DNA of 64,000 nucleotides from positions 5,442,509 to 5,506,508 of the forward strand of contig CM082586.2 of NCBI GenBank assembly GCA_040954595.2, written 5' to 3'. Origin of the DNA: Balanoglossus misakiensis (taxonomy: Eukaryota > Animalia > Hemichordata). Below, piece after piece: positions 1-11,600 of this stretch. The first letter of the stretch is position 1; each line of letters begins with the position of its first letter. The notes under the pieces are model-generated. The model was not told the DNA's origin and ran no database searches. It saw nothing but the letters and a program-made list of their open reading frames with translations. The position numbers and the translations under genes are program-made.

Positions 1-34
1 AAAAGGGTTAAAATATCTACAGTTGCAGACTCAC

Positions 35-982
35 CTGCCCAGGACCCAGAAGGATGTGAATAACCATGGCGATGGTCACAGCGATAGAGAAGGTAACCCC
101 GGCGATGATGACAGCCTTGAGGCCATCGCCGGCACACGGTGAACTTGACGATTTCTGATTGAGGTGCAGCGGTGATTTCTCAGAGTCTGTTGAGCCATGA
201 TGTAGTTGAGCTGAAACAGAAATACAATGGGGGTGTCTCTTTACATTATAGAATGCATTGTAATGACAGGATAAACCAAGACTCGGCAAAACGTAGCCTA
301 GAATATCTTTTTTGTGGGGGTGGGTGTAGTATATTGTCCTCATCAGCTGACAAGCTTTTGATCATTGCTAAAATAACTTATTGTAAGGTCACACCCAATA
401 GGGTTAGGTCACAGTGAAAATTCATGAGAAAATACTGATTTTAAACATTTTCTTTAGCCTTACCCAGGATCCAAACAACCAATCTGGATTCCTGTTTTAT
501 AATTAAATGTTTTCTTGTTTGAAAAAATAAATATGATTGCTGTATTAATTAATAATAATATGCATAGTCGTGTTTCTCTAGGTTACGTCACAACTATTGT
601 AAATTTCACACAATTTTTATAACCAATTTTTGCACTGTACAATGGTTGAGTCCCTTACATAATACGGTATACCAGCCTATTATACGGGGTTTTGACAAAG
701 GTTATGTTTTGTTAACATATGCATATTCTACAGGCGCCACGATCAGAAATAAATTCGACCAGCAGACCAACAGACAGCGGATTAAAATAGTATTTAAAAA
801 CATGACACACAAATCGACAGCCATGATAATATTCAGGGTCACTGCTATTGCTTACCTGATGAATCGATACTGCCGTTCTCTAAATGCAGATCGAGCACAG
901 GCGTGAGAGGTGAGCCGTCTTGGTGGTCTTCTAGTTTTGAATAAGTCGACACCGGTTTTTCGGTGTCGCCGGAATGGCTCAT
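35..982 (-). CDS. GGT7: Gamma-glutamyltransferase 7-like (glutathione hydrolase), first two coding exons; gene continues beyond the window start
   Basis: Exons 982-856 (MSHSGDTEKP...IDSS, donor GTAAGC) and 210-35 (acceptor TTTCAG, donor GTGAGT) join in frame (phase 1). They give a cytosolic tail plus TM segment DGLKAVIIAGVTFSIAVTIAMVIHILLGPGQ, resembling the GGT7 type II anchor as I recall it. The catalytic domain is not in the window. Confidence 0.6.
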
Positions 983-1447
983 TTTTATCTCAGAAACAAT
1001 CAATATTTCCAATATTTCTCTCACTCTCACTGCACGATATGAACACTGAGGGCGCCGGGCGTGTCCCTTTCACTTACACCCTAGGAGCGTGGTAATTTTC
1101 GAGAGCCCCTTAACCCAGTTTTCACTTTCAGAGTACTCAAGTCACGTGAGACGCAGTGTTCAGCGGACTGTAGTCAAAAGAGTTTCGGATTAATTATCAA
1201 AGATCATTATGTTGTTTTTGTGCGTATTTTTAATAAACAGCAAACACTGTGGGTTGAAATTTGTTGCTTATTACTCAGTACACAGACTGATATCAACGCG
1301 CAAAGTTGCATGGGAAATCGCAGACCGGAAGTGCGGAAAATGACCAGACGACATTATGTATATTACATGTTTTGCACGGAAAATGTTGAATTTTGCGTGC
1401 AAAACATCAAAAATAGGAAGGTGGATATGGTTTGAAAATAAAAAGAA

Positions 1448-1810
1448 ACCAAGTACAAGTTGATACTTTCACTGGTGAGTACCCCTATGTATGTTTTTAG
1501 ACTGTAAATTTGTATATCGGGAAGATATCATAGTTTTTCTTGTGCTTTAGCGACAAGCGACGTCGCACGGCGAGACTACGGCTACACGTACGCGGGCGGC
1601 CGGGCGCTGCTCTCTCGGCAGCCGATGACCCGACCCGTACGTTCACGTCCCGTTGTCCAAGTGACTAGTTGCGTCGGCTCGCCGCAAAAGCACAGGAAAA
1701 ACTACGATATGATACCAGGCTACGATATCTTCCTGATAATTATATAATATTGCAGTCTAAAAACGTACATGGTGGTTCTCACCAGTGAAAGAATCAACGG
1801 GTAACTTGGT
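1448..1810. mobile_element. Degenerate ~360-bp inverted-repeat (MITE-like) element
   Basis: Arm ~1448-1566 (ccaagtacaagttgatactttcactggtgag...gtttttagactg...gaagatatc...gtttttcttgtgcttt) is an imperfect reverse complement of ~1668-1810, around a GC-rich core. Confidence 0.7.
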
Positions 1811-1866
1811 GTGCCCCTCCACACACAGTACATTAGTGATATTAATTTAACAGGCAAAATAAGTTT

Positions 1867-2810
1867 GCCTAACCGTTCACCACTGTTTATGGTGGCATGT
1901 GATTTAGCCTAACCGTTCATCATTGGGCATGGGTAACTGCTTATGGTGGCATATGATTTTGCCTAACCGTTAACCATTGGGCATAGGTGACTGCTTATGG
2001 TGGCATATGATTTTGCCTAACCGTTAAACATTGGGCATGGGTGACTGTTTATGGTGGCATATGATTTTGCCTAACCGTTAACCATTGGGCATGGGTGACT
2101 GCTTATGGTGGCATATGATTTTGCCTAACCGTTAACCATTGGGCATGGGTGACTGCTTATGGTGGCATATGATTTTGCCTAACCGTTAACCATTGGGCAT
2201 GGGTGCCTGCTTATAGTGGCATATGATTTTGCCTAACCGTTCACCATTGGGCATGGGTGACTGCTTATGGTGGCATATGATTTTGCCTAACCGTTAACCA
2301 TTGGGCATGGGTGACTGCTTATGGTGGCATATGATTTTGCCTAACCGTTCACCATTGGGCATGGGTGACTGCTTATGGTGGCATATGATTTTGCCTAACC
2401 GTTAACCATTGGGCATGGATGACTGCTTATGGTGGCATATGATTTTGCCTAACCGTTAACCATTGGGCATGGGTGACTGTTTATGGTGGCATATGATTTT
2501 GCCTAACCGTTAACCATTGGACATGGATGACTGTTAATGGTGGCATATGATTTTGCCTAACCGTTAAACATTGGGCATGGGTGACTGTTTATGGTGGCAT
2601 ATGATTTTGCCTAACCGTTAACCATTGGGCATGGGTGACTGTTTATGGTGGCATATGATTTTGCCTAACCGTTAACCATTGGGCATTGATGACTGTTTAT
2701 GGTGGCATATGATTTTGCCTAACCGTTCATTATTTGGCATGGATGACTGTTTATGGTGGCATATGATTTAGCCTAACCGTTCACCATTGGGCATGGACGA
2801 CAGTTTATGG
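1867..2810 (+). repeat. Tandem array of a 54-bp unit (~17 copies)
   Basis: Unit gcctaaccgttaaccattgggcatgggtgactgcttatggtggcatatgatttt; outermost unit is a 40-bp variant. Confidence 0.95.
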
Positions 2811-3212
2811 TGCATTATTTATGGTTTCAAAGCTGGCAATACAATTATCATTTTTTGATGATTTTCACGAGCTATAACCCATGATTTTTTTTTTAAATTG
2901 AAAAATTTTGAAAATTCGCAAAGTGGAAAAAATGTCATTTTTTGATGATTTTCATGAGCTATATAACCCATACTTTTTGTTAAATGAAGAAATTTTGAAA
3001 ATTCGCAAGGTAGAAAAATTTTCATTTTTAATGATTTTCATCTAATGGTAGTAGACTTTGAAAAAAAAAATTCTGATAATTATCTCAGTTCATACATCTG
3101 TATGGGATAATGGTAGTAGAGTTTGAAAAAAAATCCTGATAATTATCCAAAAAATCATATCGCCTGTTAAATTAATATCACTCTATGTACTAAGTTAGGC
3201 AACAAATGTCTA

Positions 3213-4195
3213 GCCACCATAAACAGTCATCCATGTCCAATGGTTAACGGTTAGGCAAAATCATATGCCACCATAAACAGTCATCCATGCCCAATGGTGA
3301 ACGGTTAGGCAAAATCATATGCCACCATAAGCAGTCACCCATGCCCAATGGTTAACGGTTAGGCAAAATCATATGCCACCATAAGCAGTCATCCATGCCC
3401 AATGGTTAACGGTTAGGCAAAATCATATGCCACCATAAGCAGTCACCCATGCCCAATGGTTAACGGTTAGGCAAAATCATATGCCACCATAAGCAGTCAC
3501 CCATGCCCAATGGTTAACGGTTAGGCAAAATCATATGCCACCATAAGCAGTCACCCATGCCCAATGGTGAACGGTTAGGCAAAATCATATGCCACCATAA
3601 GCAGGCACCCATGCCCAATGGTTAACGGTTAGGCAAAATCATATGCCACCATAAACAGTCACCCATGCCCAATGTTTAACGGTTAGGCAAAATCATATGC
3701 CACCATAAGCAGTCACCCATGCCCAATGGTTAACGGTTAGGCAAAATCATATGCCACCATAAGCAGTCACCCATGCCCAATGGTTAACGGTTAGGCAAAA
3801 TCATATGCCACCATAAGCAGTCACCCATGCCCAATGGTTAACGGTTAGGCAAAATCATATGCCACCATAAACAGTCACCCATGCCCAATGGTTAACGGTT
3901 AGGCAAAATCATATGCCACCATAAGCAGTCATCCATGCCCAATGGTTAACGGTTAGGCAAAATCATATGCCACCATAAGCAGTCACCCATGCCCAATGGT
4001 TAACGGTTAGGCAAAATCATATGCCACCATAAACAGTCATCAATGCCCAATGGTGAAAGGTTAGGCTAAATCATATGCCACCATAAACAGTCATGAACGG
4101 TTAGGCTAAATCATATGCCACCATAAACAGTCATGAACGGTTAGGCTAAATCATATGCCACCATAAACAGTCATGAATGGTTAGGCTAAATCATA
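3213..4195 (-). repeat. Tandem array of the same 54-bp unit in reverse orientation (~16 copies plus three 40-bp variants)
   Basis: Unit aaaatcatatgccaccataagcagtcacccatgcccaatggttaacggttaggc is the reverse complement of the 1867-2810 unit. Confidence 0.95.
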
Positions 4196-4657
4196 TCGCC
4201 CGTTAAATAATATCATTCTGTGTACTGCGTTAGGCAACGGGTGTCTAGCACTGTGAACAAACAGCCACACATGCATGCTAAATGGTAGACAGTTGGGGGA
4301 TGGCGTGGAACTGGTTTATTGTCGACGTGCGCGACAGTTTAGGGTAGTCAGGCAAAATCATATCGCCTGTAAATATCTTGTCAGTCAGTCGCATGCCATG
4401 CCACTTCCCCGTCCGTCTACGTTGTTGGGACCGGGAAAACGCATAGTCGTAGTGGGGTATACCCACAGCATGGGGTATCAAATGCCGCGGCAATTTCGAA
4501 CGGTTACTTTTATTTCTGCCCAAAATTCTCATCAGGAACCAGTGTTTTGGTCCACGGGGAACCTACCCACTCAAGGATATCCGGCCATCGCACGATTTTC
4601 CACCGAAAATCGGCGTTTTGTTGACTTTAGTGAGGATTACAAGCCTTACAACGCGAC

Positions 4658-4870
4658 GGCCATCTTGACTATGACGTCATCTTCTCGCAAATAAAATACG
4701 ACCGCCCAGTTTTAGCTCATAAAACCAACATAGTTTAACATTTGGTACGTTTATTTTAAATTTAAAAGCCAGGAAATAAACGAAAGCCAGAAAACATGAA
4801 AAGACAGAAAAAGTTTTGAGTACTGACGAACGTGAAGTTGCGAGAAGATGACGTCGTGAGTCAAGATACA
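4658..4870. repeat. ~30-bp inverted repeat pair about 150 bp apart
   Basis: atcttgactatgacgtcatcttctcgcaa (~4662-4690) versus ttgcgagaagatgacgtcgtgagtcaagat (~4838-4867). Confidence 0.65.
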
Positions 4871-7746
4871 CGGCAAAGTGATATAGAGGGCGCTATATTA
4901 GTAAAGCTGAAGTTGCATGCTGGGAGATATTCAATGACAAAACACACCGCGTGGCACGATATTTTGGAAAACCAGGGTTTTGGATTACTTTATTGCAAAG
5001 ACAAACTTATCAAATATGAGATGAACAAAACCATGTATAAATACAATTAAGTAAGCTGTGCATGAACAAAACTGTTGGAAGAAATCCTGAACTGCATGTG
5101 AAGAGGCCTCAGTGAAAATTTGGATTTACACGTGGGAATGTTGAATGTGGTATCCATACCCACTCGTAAGCAACTTCCATAGTGCACATGAAGGTGGTGG
5201 AAATAGTGAATGAAGGAAACAAACAAACATAAGGGGCATCCCTTGGAAAACAAATGTAAAATACCTTTAGAACTGTTCATAAATATAATTCTAAAAATAT
5301 GTATGAATGGTGAATTACATAATGATATAAGCACTGGGCACTATGCATTGATAACGTCAACAAAGGCAAGAAAATGTTTGTTTTTGTTAAAAACCCTATA
5401 CTCTTAATCCAAGAAACAAGAGCACATTTGTTGCATGTACAGTACTAGTTATTGTTCAAACTGAGAAACTATGAAGGTGGCTTGTCTCACTATACAGACT
5501 AACATTTAAAATGAGATTCTTGTGTTTCTATTCAGATCTATAAAATTGCCACAAAGCACACTAAGAATCCTATCAAGAAAATACTGTCTATATACTGTAT
5601 AGTCTATGGTCAAAACAGTACAGCCCAGCTTAAAGTTCGAAGTTCATGCACATTCACACTATCCCATAATGCAACCAGCACAGCCATCTCGACATAGATC
5701 AAACTCAATCCAGTGTTGCATTCTGGGATAAACGGACCTCTGACAGCTGATTGATCTCACTCTTATATGCCAGAGCTTACCCAACATGCTTTCTTTCCCC
5801 AAGCAAAGGCCCTTCTGTCCACTTAAGGTACATTCCAGTTGACCATAACCAATCTTCACTAAATATCATAGACAGACACATCTTATCATGATAAATTAAA
5901 AACAGGCTGTATATTGTAAAACCTGCCACTACAGTACAATATATAACATATATATACATCCAATGTTTTTATCAGCATATAAATTAAGCTGCTTGCTTTG
6001 CAAAATTTCATACGAAAATTATAACCATGTGGAGATATATTGTTACAAATTATCTTGATGGGAAAGCCACAAAAAAATAACAATCAAGCATTCTAACCTT
6101 TATTGAAAAGGCATATTTTGTAAATTAAAAAGAATGGAATTTACCTAGGATTGAAGTTCTAAGAAAGTAAATATATATCTTTTATTGGTTTTGAAAACAA
6201 GGTTTCATAGCTAGTGTGTAAATCTATCAAGCGCTACACACTGGTAAGAGTGTCCACGCAACAAGTTTTCAAAAATCTGTTTCCTAGGAAACTGCAATGA
6301 CACTGAAAATACTTCGTGTGACCCAGAAAGACACATCGGAATTCTGTTATGACCTCAAACATAACAGCAAAATTGCTGTTATTTTTTTTATTTTTACATT
6401 CATTTCATAGTTTCCTATCAAACAAAAGTCAACAGAACAATTTTGAGAATCTTTTCCAGCGCTGTGTCCTAGCAGAGATATTTGAAAGCCGTTTGGTGGA
6501 GACTCGTCTCGGATTCAGTCATGTGATATGTGACTGAACGATATTTGAAATTCAAAACAATTTCTGGTGTAAAATATGCTGCTAGCCAATGTCGGTCACA
6601 TGACTATCACATGATTACCGCATGTAGCTCTATCTTGCTGTTTTTGTTTCTATTTGTATTTATTTTTATTCTTTTTCTCTTAATTGATTTTTTAAATATA
6701 ACAATCATAATTTTCTCTATCTAATTACACATACACAAGACCTAGGCCAGATAGATGGGCATTCAGAGTTCGAAAATGTGATGCGTCGAACACAGCACAG
6801 CACACTTGGTGAGATTTCTGTGTCACTTTTTAGAAAACTCTTCATACACCCCTGACCTCTGATACCTGACCCACAGATCAAAGGTCACTTGAACCACACA
6901 GGGATTCCAAAACAGCACTATAATGACCGTAATATGTGCAATATTTATACTTTTTCTACTCTCAGCCCTACTACAATACATTTATTTTTTTACAAAGAAG
7001 TTCTAAAATTCTAACTTTTTCTCTCCCCTAACATTTACTCGTACAAAGTTGCTATCTTTTAAAACTCTGACATCAAGGCATCTTTGCACTTTGTGCCATG
7101 GTCCAACATTATGGATTTTTTTTACCATAAAGCAAAAACTGAATATTAATGTTCTATTTCTGTCTTAGAGATTCCAGTACTACACTGTCACATAAGCCGC
7201 GACTTCTATGTGTCTGAAGGTTGGTGTGTTTTACTTGTTTCTTTGCAGTCTGTGTTTTTGTTGTCGGTGAGTGTGTTTTGGTATCATAAGGTGTTAAGGT
7301 GATTATCTGTGTTATCATCAATTCCTTGTCAAATGGAAATAATGTCAGTTCTGAACTCACTTTAGGGTCAAATCTGGTTGAACATCTATACTGTTAGTTG
7401 GTGCTAATATTGGCATGTTTCACACACCAATGGAAATCCCCACATCACAGAAATAAGACAAACAAAAAACCTGGCAAATCTGTCTCTTCAGTAGAGACAT
7501 TTCCCATCAATCATGATTATAGTCACACAAGTCAACGAATATTTACAAAATGACTGACCTACATCTCAGGGTTGTTGTGGTAAATACTATGTTTTCTATG
7601 TATATTCTATTTACAAATTGCTTATGCTCTGTGACAAATGGACTAATCCTTTATACCCAAAATAAAAATGGGCTATGCTGTAGAACTGGTGGATTATAGG
7701 AAGTACATGTATATCTGACCTTCACAACAGCCGTAGGGAAAGATCT

Positions 7747-7838
7747 TTAACCCTTTCACCCCTAGTTCCCTCTTTAGAGGTGGGGGTCCAACCTTACCAT
7801 ACAAAACAATGGGTTTGGAACAAATCATGGTGGTGAAA
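7747..7838 (+). mobile_element. piggyBac-type ~85-bp MITE, right end truncated
   Basis: TTAA|CCCTTTCACCCCTAGTTCCCTCT...CATGGTGGTGAAA; same family as 30018-30110 and 54703-54795. Confidence 0.7.
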
Positions 7839-8632
7839 AACAGCTGTGAAAATATATTAACAGTAGACATGGAAACTTTGTTTTACTTTGTGTATGTCAA
7901 GTCTACACACCTGTTGCTAATTATAAATTCATACTGCTTGTTGTCAGGGTCAGAGTTGACATTGTGGAAGCCATATTGGATTTTGTAATTTTATCGTTCC
8001 TGTAGTGAACACATACCTTCATAAGACACAAATGCTGATTACATATAAATGTCCATATTCTCATTTGCAATAGCCTATGAGCCAATCACTAACAGGCTTA
8101 TATATTCTCTACAGACTAAAGGTGTAAAAGGTGAAGCTCATTTTCAGTCACCATTTCATTAGTGAGTAGATAGCTTGGGTGAACCACTAACACGCACTTC
8201 AGTATTTTATACAATCACAGCCAAACTTACATGCAAAATCAACAAGAACTTGATCTTAGCATTAAAATATAACATTGTCTCCTTAACTATCTCCTAACTA
8301 AAATTGAGTATGCTGAATTTTCCAGAATATTCAATAAAAAAGTTGATTACTTTAATGAAAATAGATCATATCTGTTTTTGAATACTGCATGTGTTCCAAC
8401 ATTTTTTGGATACATTAGAATAATTATAAATAAATGTTTTATTTAACATCATAAAATACAAACAGGCCAATTTCCTACTCACTAATTAGCAAGGTAAATA
8501 TAAGGATGTTTTTGTTTAACCATTAATAACTCGTTTTGGGAGTGTCAGAGTCTTTTGCTGTGTAAATTTAACTTCAGGGCAATTTCAAGAAATAAAATAC
8601 AATTTTAAAACATTTTCTTACAAGCGTTTCTC

Positions 8633-11600
8633 TTACTGTCTTTTCTTGTCATCGTACATACTGTTGCCGTTTGAACTAAATCCATCGGGAAATGAATTTT
8701 GCATTAACTTGATTGTTTCACCGTCCTCGCTTATTTTCTTCCGTGGGGGCGATCTTATCGGGAAGAACAGCAGGATCAAGATGGCGGCAAAGTGGAGACA
8801 GTAGAACATGGATCTGTAAGGAAAGATTTTATACAAATAAAAAAAACATTATTTCTTACATCAATATCCCTGCTTAAATTGTGTGATTTCTTGAAAGAAA
8901 GATATTTTGCCATTTTAGAAATAATATAAGACTCGATAATTTGACAGAAAAGTTAACTTACCCAAAGTACTTAATGATGAGGTGATTCTGTAGCAGAGTA
9001 AATGGCAGAATGATGTAGGCTAGCACAATATGGGTAGAAAGTAAGGTCACAAAGTCATAGAAGAGCCTCATGAACTTTGACCCCTGGAAAAGTGGCCTGA
9101 CATTGTGTCGCACCTGGTAAAAAAAATAAAAAAATTACACAAATTTACAAAATGTACTCAAACATGTGAGTATTCTTTTTCAACTGTGAAGGTTATGGGA
9201 TGGAATGAAATATGCATTTTGAAGGAAAGATGTACCTGATGGTCTTATCAGAGAAGTTGGGCCAACCTGAATTCACTTTCTCAAAAATTAATAGAATGCG
9301 CTTTTATCAAGTGATCTAGGGTGGATGCAGCTAATCACATGTACATGTGACCACAGAAAACTCAATCAGGGTAGGAGGAGTATCACACTTCTCAGGCCGT
9401 GGACCCTCTAGGTTACTGCAACCAGACACAAACAGCAAAATTTATCGTTTATCATCCACTCTACCTTTCTGGCAGCCGCTGTCATGAACGCTGCAGATAT
9501 GAACGTCCAGAAATATCCCGGGTAGAAGCCATGCCAGATCGACGACAAAACAAAGGTGAAGAAGGTCCTCTGCAGTGGGACGCGGTCGTAGCAGACGTAA
9601 CGCAGCCAGACGTTGGTCTGGATGTTCCAGTTGTCAATCAGTACCTTGAGACTGGTGGCAGTCTGAAGTGATGAAACGACGAGGGGGGATAAATAAAATA
9701 TTAATTATTGATAAAAATCTTCATCCATATTCAAAACTGTGAATGGTAAAGTTACTTTCTCACACACCTGGCCACTGAGAGTGTGGGATACATCGATCCG
9801 CACATTCTCTTGGATTTGAAAAGCCTTATATAACATGAGTGCTGATTGGATCACAGATGTTCTTGGATTAACGCGCAAAATGTTATCCAGAGATGGGAGG
9901 AAACTACAATGCATCAGACAACATATATATAACCAATTTGTGGCTGTCTGAGAAATAGAATTTCACAAAACTACATGTTCTAAACACCCCACCAACATAC
10001 CAGGCAAAAATTTCTTGAACAAGACTACCATGTGCTGTGACAACATACCTCAAAATTTTTGACATTGATGTTGGTCACCAAATTCCACTTAGCATTTCCC
10101 TTGTCATCGTAACCGTTGAATCCCAGTCCGGATGCGTTGTTCACTGCATCAGCTGAAATGAGAGAAAGCATATATACAAGGAAATGAAATACACAAATAG
10201 CCTACAGTCTTCAGTTTTCTCCTAACAGAGTCAAGACTGGGTGCTAGTCGAAATTGTCCACATCATAATTGGCTAACTCATTAATGACTCAGAGAGTCCG
10301 AACATGCTAAATTACACCCACGTCATCTTTATATCTTGCTCACCATAGATCCATGCGTAGAAATACTTAGACTTAGCCACCTCCACAGATAGCCAAAGGA
10401 AGAAGAACTTACACAACAAACTTGATCGGTAAACCTCTTCATCGTCTGAAAACAAAAAATAAAAAATAATTGAATTATTATAATTGACAAAATTATATTA
10501 ACAGACTTATTTTATGCACATTTATTTCACCAATCAGTCCTGTTGCTTTAACTGCATGTGCCGAACGACATCCTTTGATGATATAATTTCATAATTTCTA
10601 ACATGCAGAGTATATTTCATTGACTATAAGACCTGCTAGCGTGTAAATATCAAACACAATACACTGGCAGTACTGTCATTTCTCCGAAAACTATAATTAT
10701 ATTAGCAGACTTTGACCTTTACCCTTTATGCATTTATCAACAACTACTCTACAAGAACTCCTTTTGAAAATATAAACTTACAAACGTTAGCCATCAGAGG
10801 AAACTTCGGCACCAGAACCACAAACGTGAAGACCATAGCAACACTGAATGCCAACTTCCCAAGAACCGCTCTCTGTAGGATGAAAAAGTAATCGAAAAAT
10901 CAACAAAACGAAACTATAAGCACTCAGTAACCTCACCTGCAAGGATTGCCACAAATGACTGCAACACTTCCTTCATGTCAAGGATAGGACTACACACGGC
11001 CAGATTGGTCCTGGCGACTTTTAATAAGTTTGATAAAATTACACGTCAAAGAAGTACATTTGAAAAAAAACACAACATCAACATGGATTCCATTCCCCTT
11101 GGCGTATCTTCTCGATGACGGAATAAAGAAATATTGATAGAACCTGTAAATGCTCACCAGGAAACACCCCTCCCACCACCCCCACCCCCACCAATGTGCC
11201 CTACGACACTTAGGCTTTCATTCTGATTTTGCTGAATGACTACACAGTCAAACACTGGTGTAGGGTCCAGACACTGCATTCACCCGGAAAAGAAAGGTGG
11301 GATCTAACAAGGTTCTCTTATGAAAAACGGGTGAATTGATAGGATGAAATATTTCAGTGAGTTGAAACGATATTCTGCATATGTCGCTAGACTTCACAAG
11401 ATGACATCTCAATCTTCACACACCAAGATATTTGTCCCTCTCTCCAAAGATAAACCTAACATCTACGGCAACCGACTTTTGTCTACTCACCCATACTGGA
11501 GGCTCTCTGTGAATGACAATTTCTTTACCGCCTTTAGTTTTAACTACGTAAGGAACCAGGTGTCTGCCCTCAATGAAATCTATGTAGTGATGGTAAAAAC

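Larger units (their letters stand above)
1826..4227. mobile_element. Foldback-type element: two inverted arrays of a 54-bp unit with short outer inverted termini
   Basis: Outer ends cagtacattagtgatattaatttaacaggc (1826) and gcccgttaaataatatcattctgtgtactg (ends 4227). Each is adjoined by 40-bp unit variants and then ~16-17 copies of the 54-bp unit, in opposite orientations. AT-rich spacer ~2815-3150. No coding capacity seen. Confidence 0.7.

Noticed and set aside
1867-4195. Regular repeats resembling a CRISPR array
   Set aside because: Units are contiguous and near-identical with no unique spacers, there are no cas genes, and the context is eukaryotic.
4275-4694. 139-aa ORF next to the foldback as a possible transposase
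   Set aside because: No recognisable motif or splice structure, and it partly overlaps degenerate repeat sequence.
5000-8632. Short ORFs downstream of MBOAT (and similarly at 28324-31924)
   Set aside because: AT-rich, no domain motifs or exon chains; consistent with 3'UTR or intergenic DNA.
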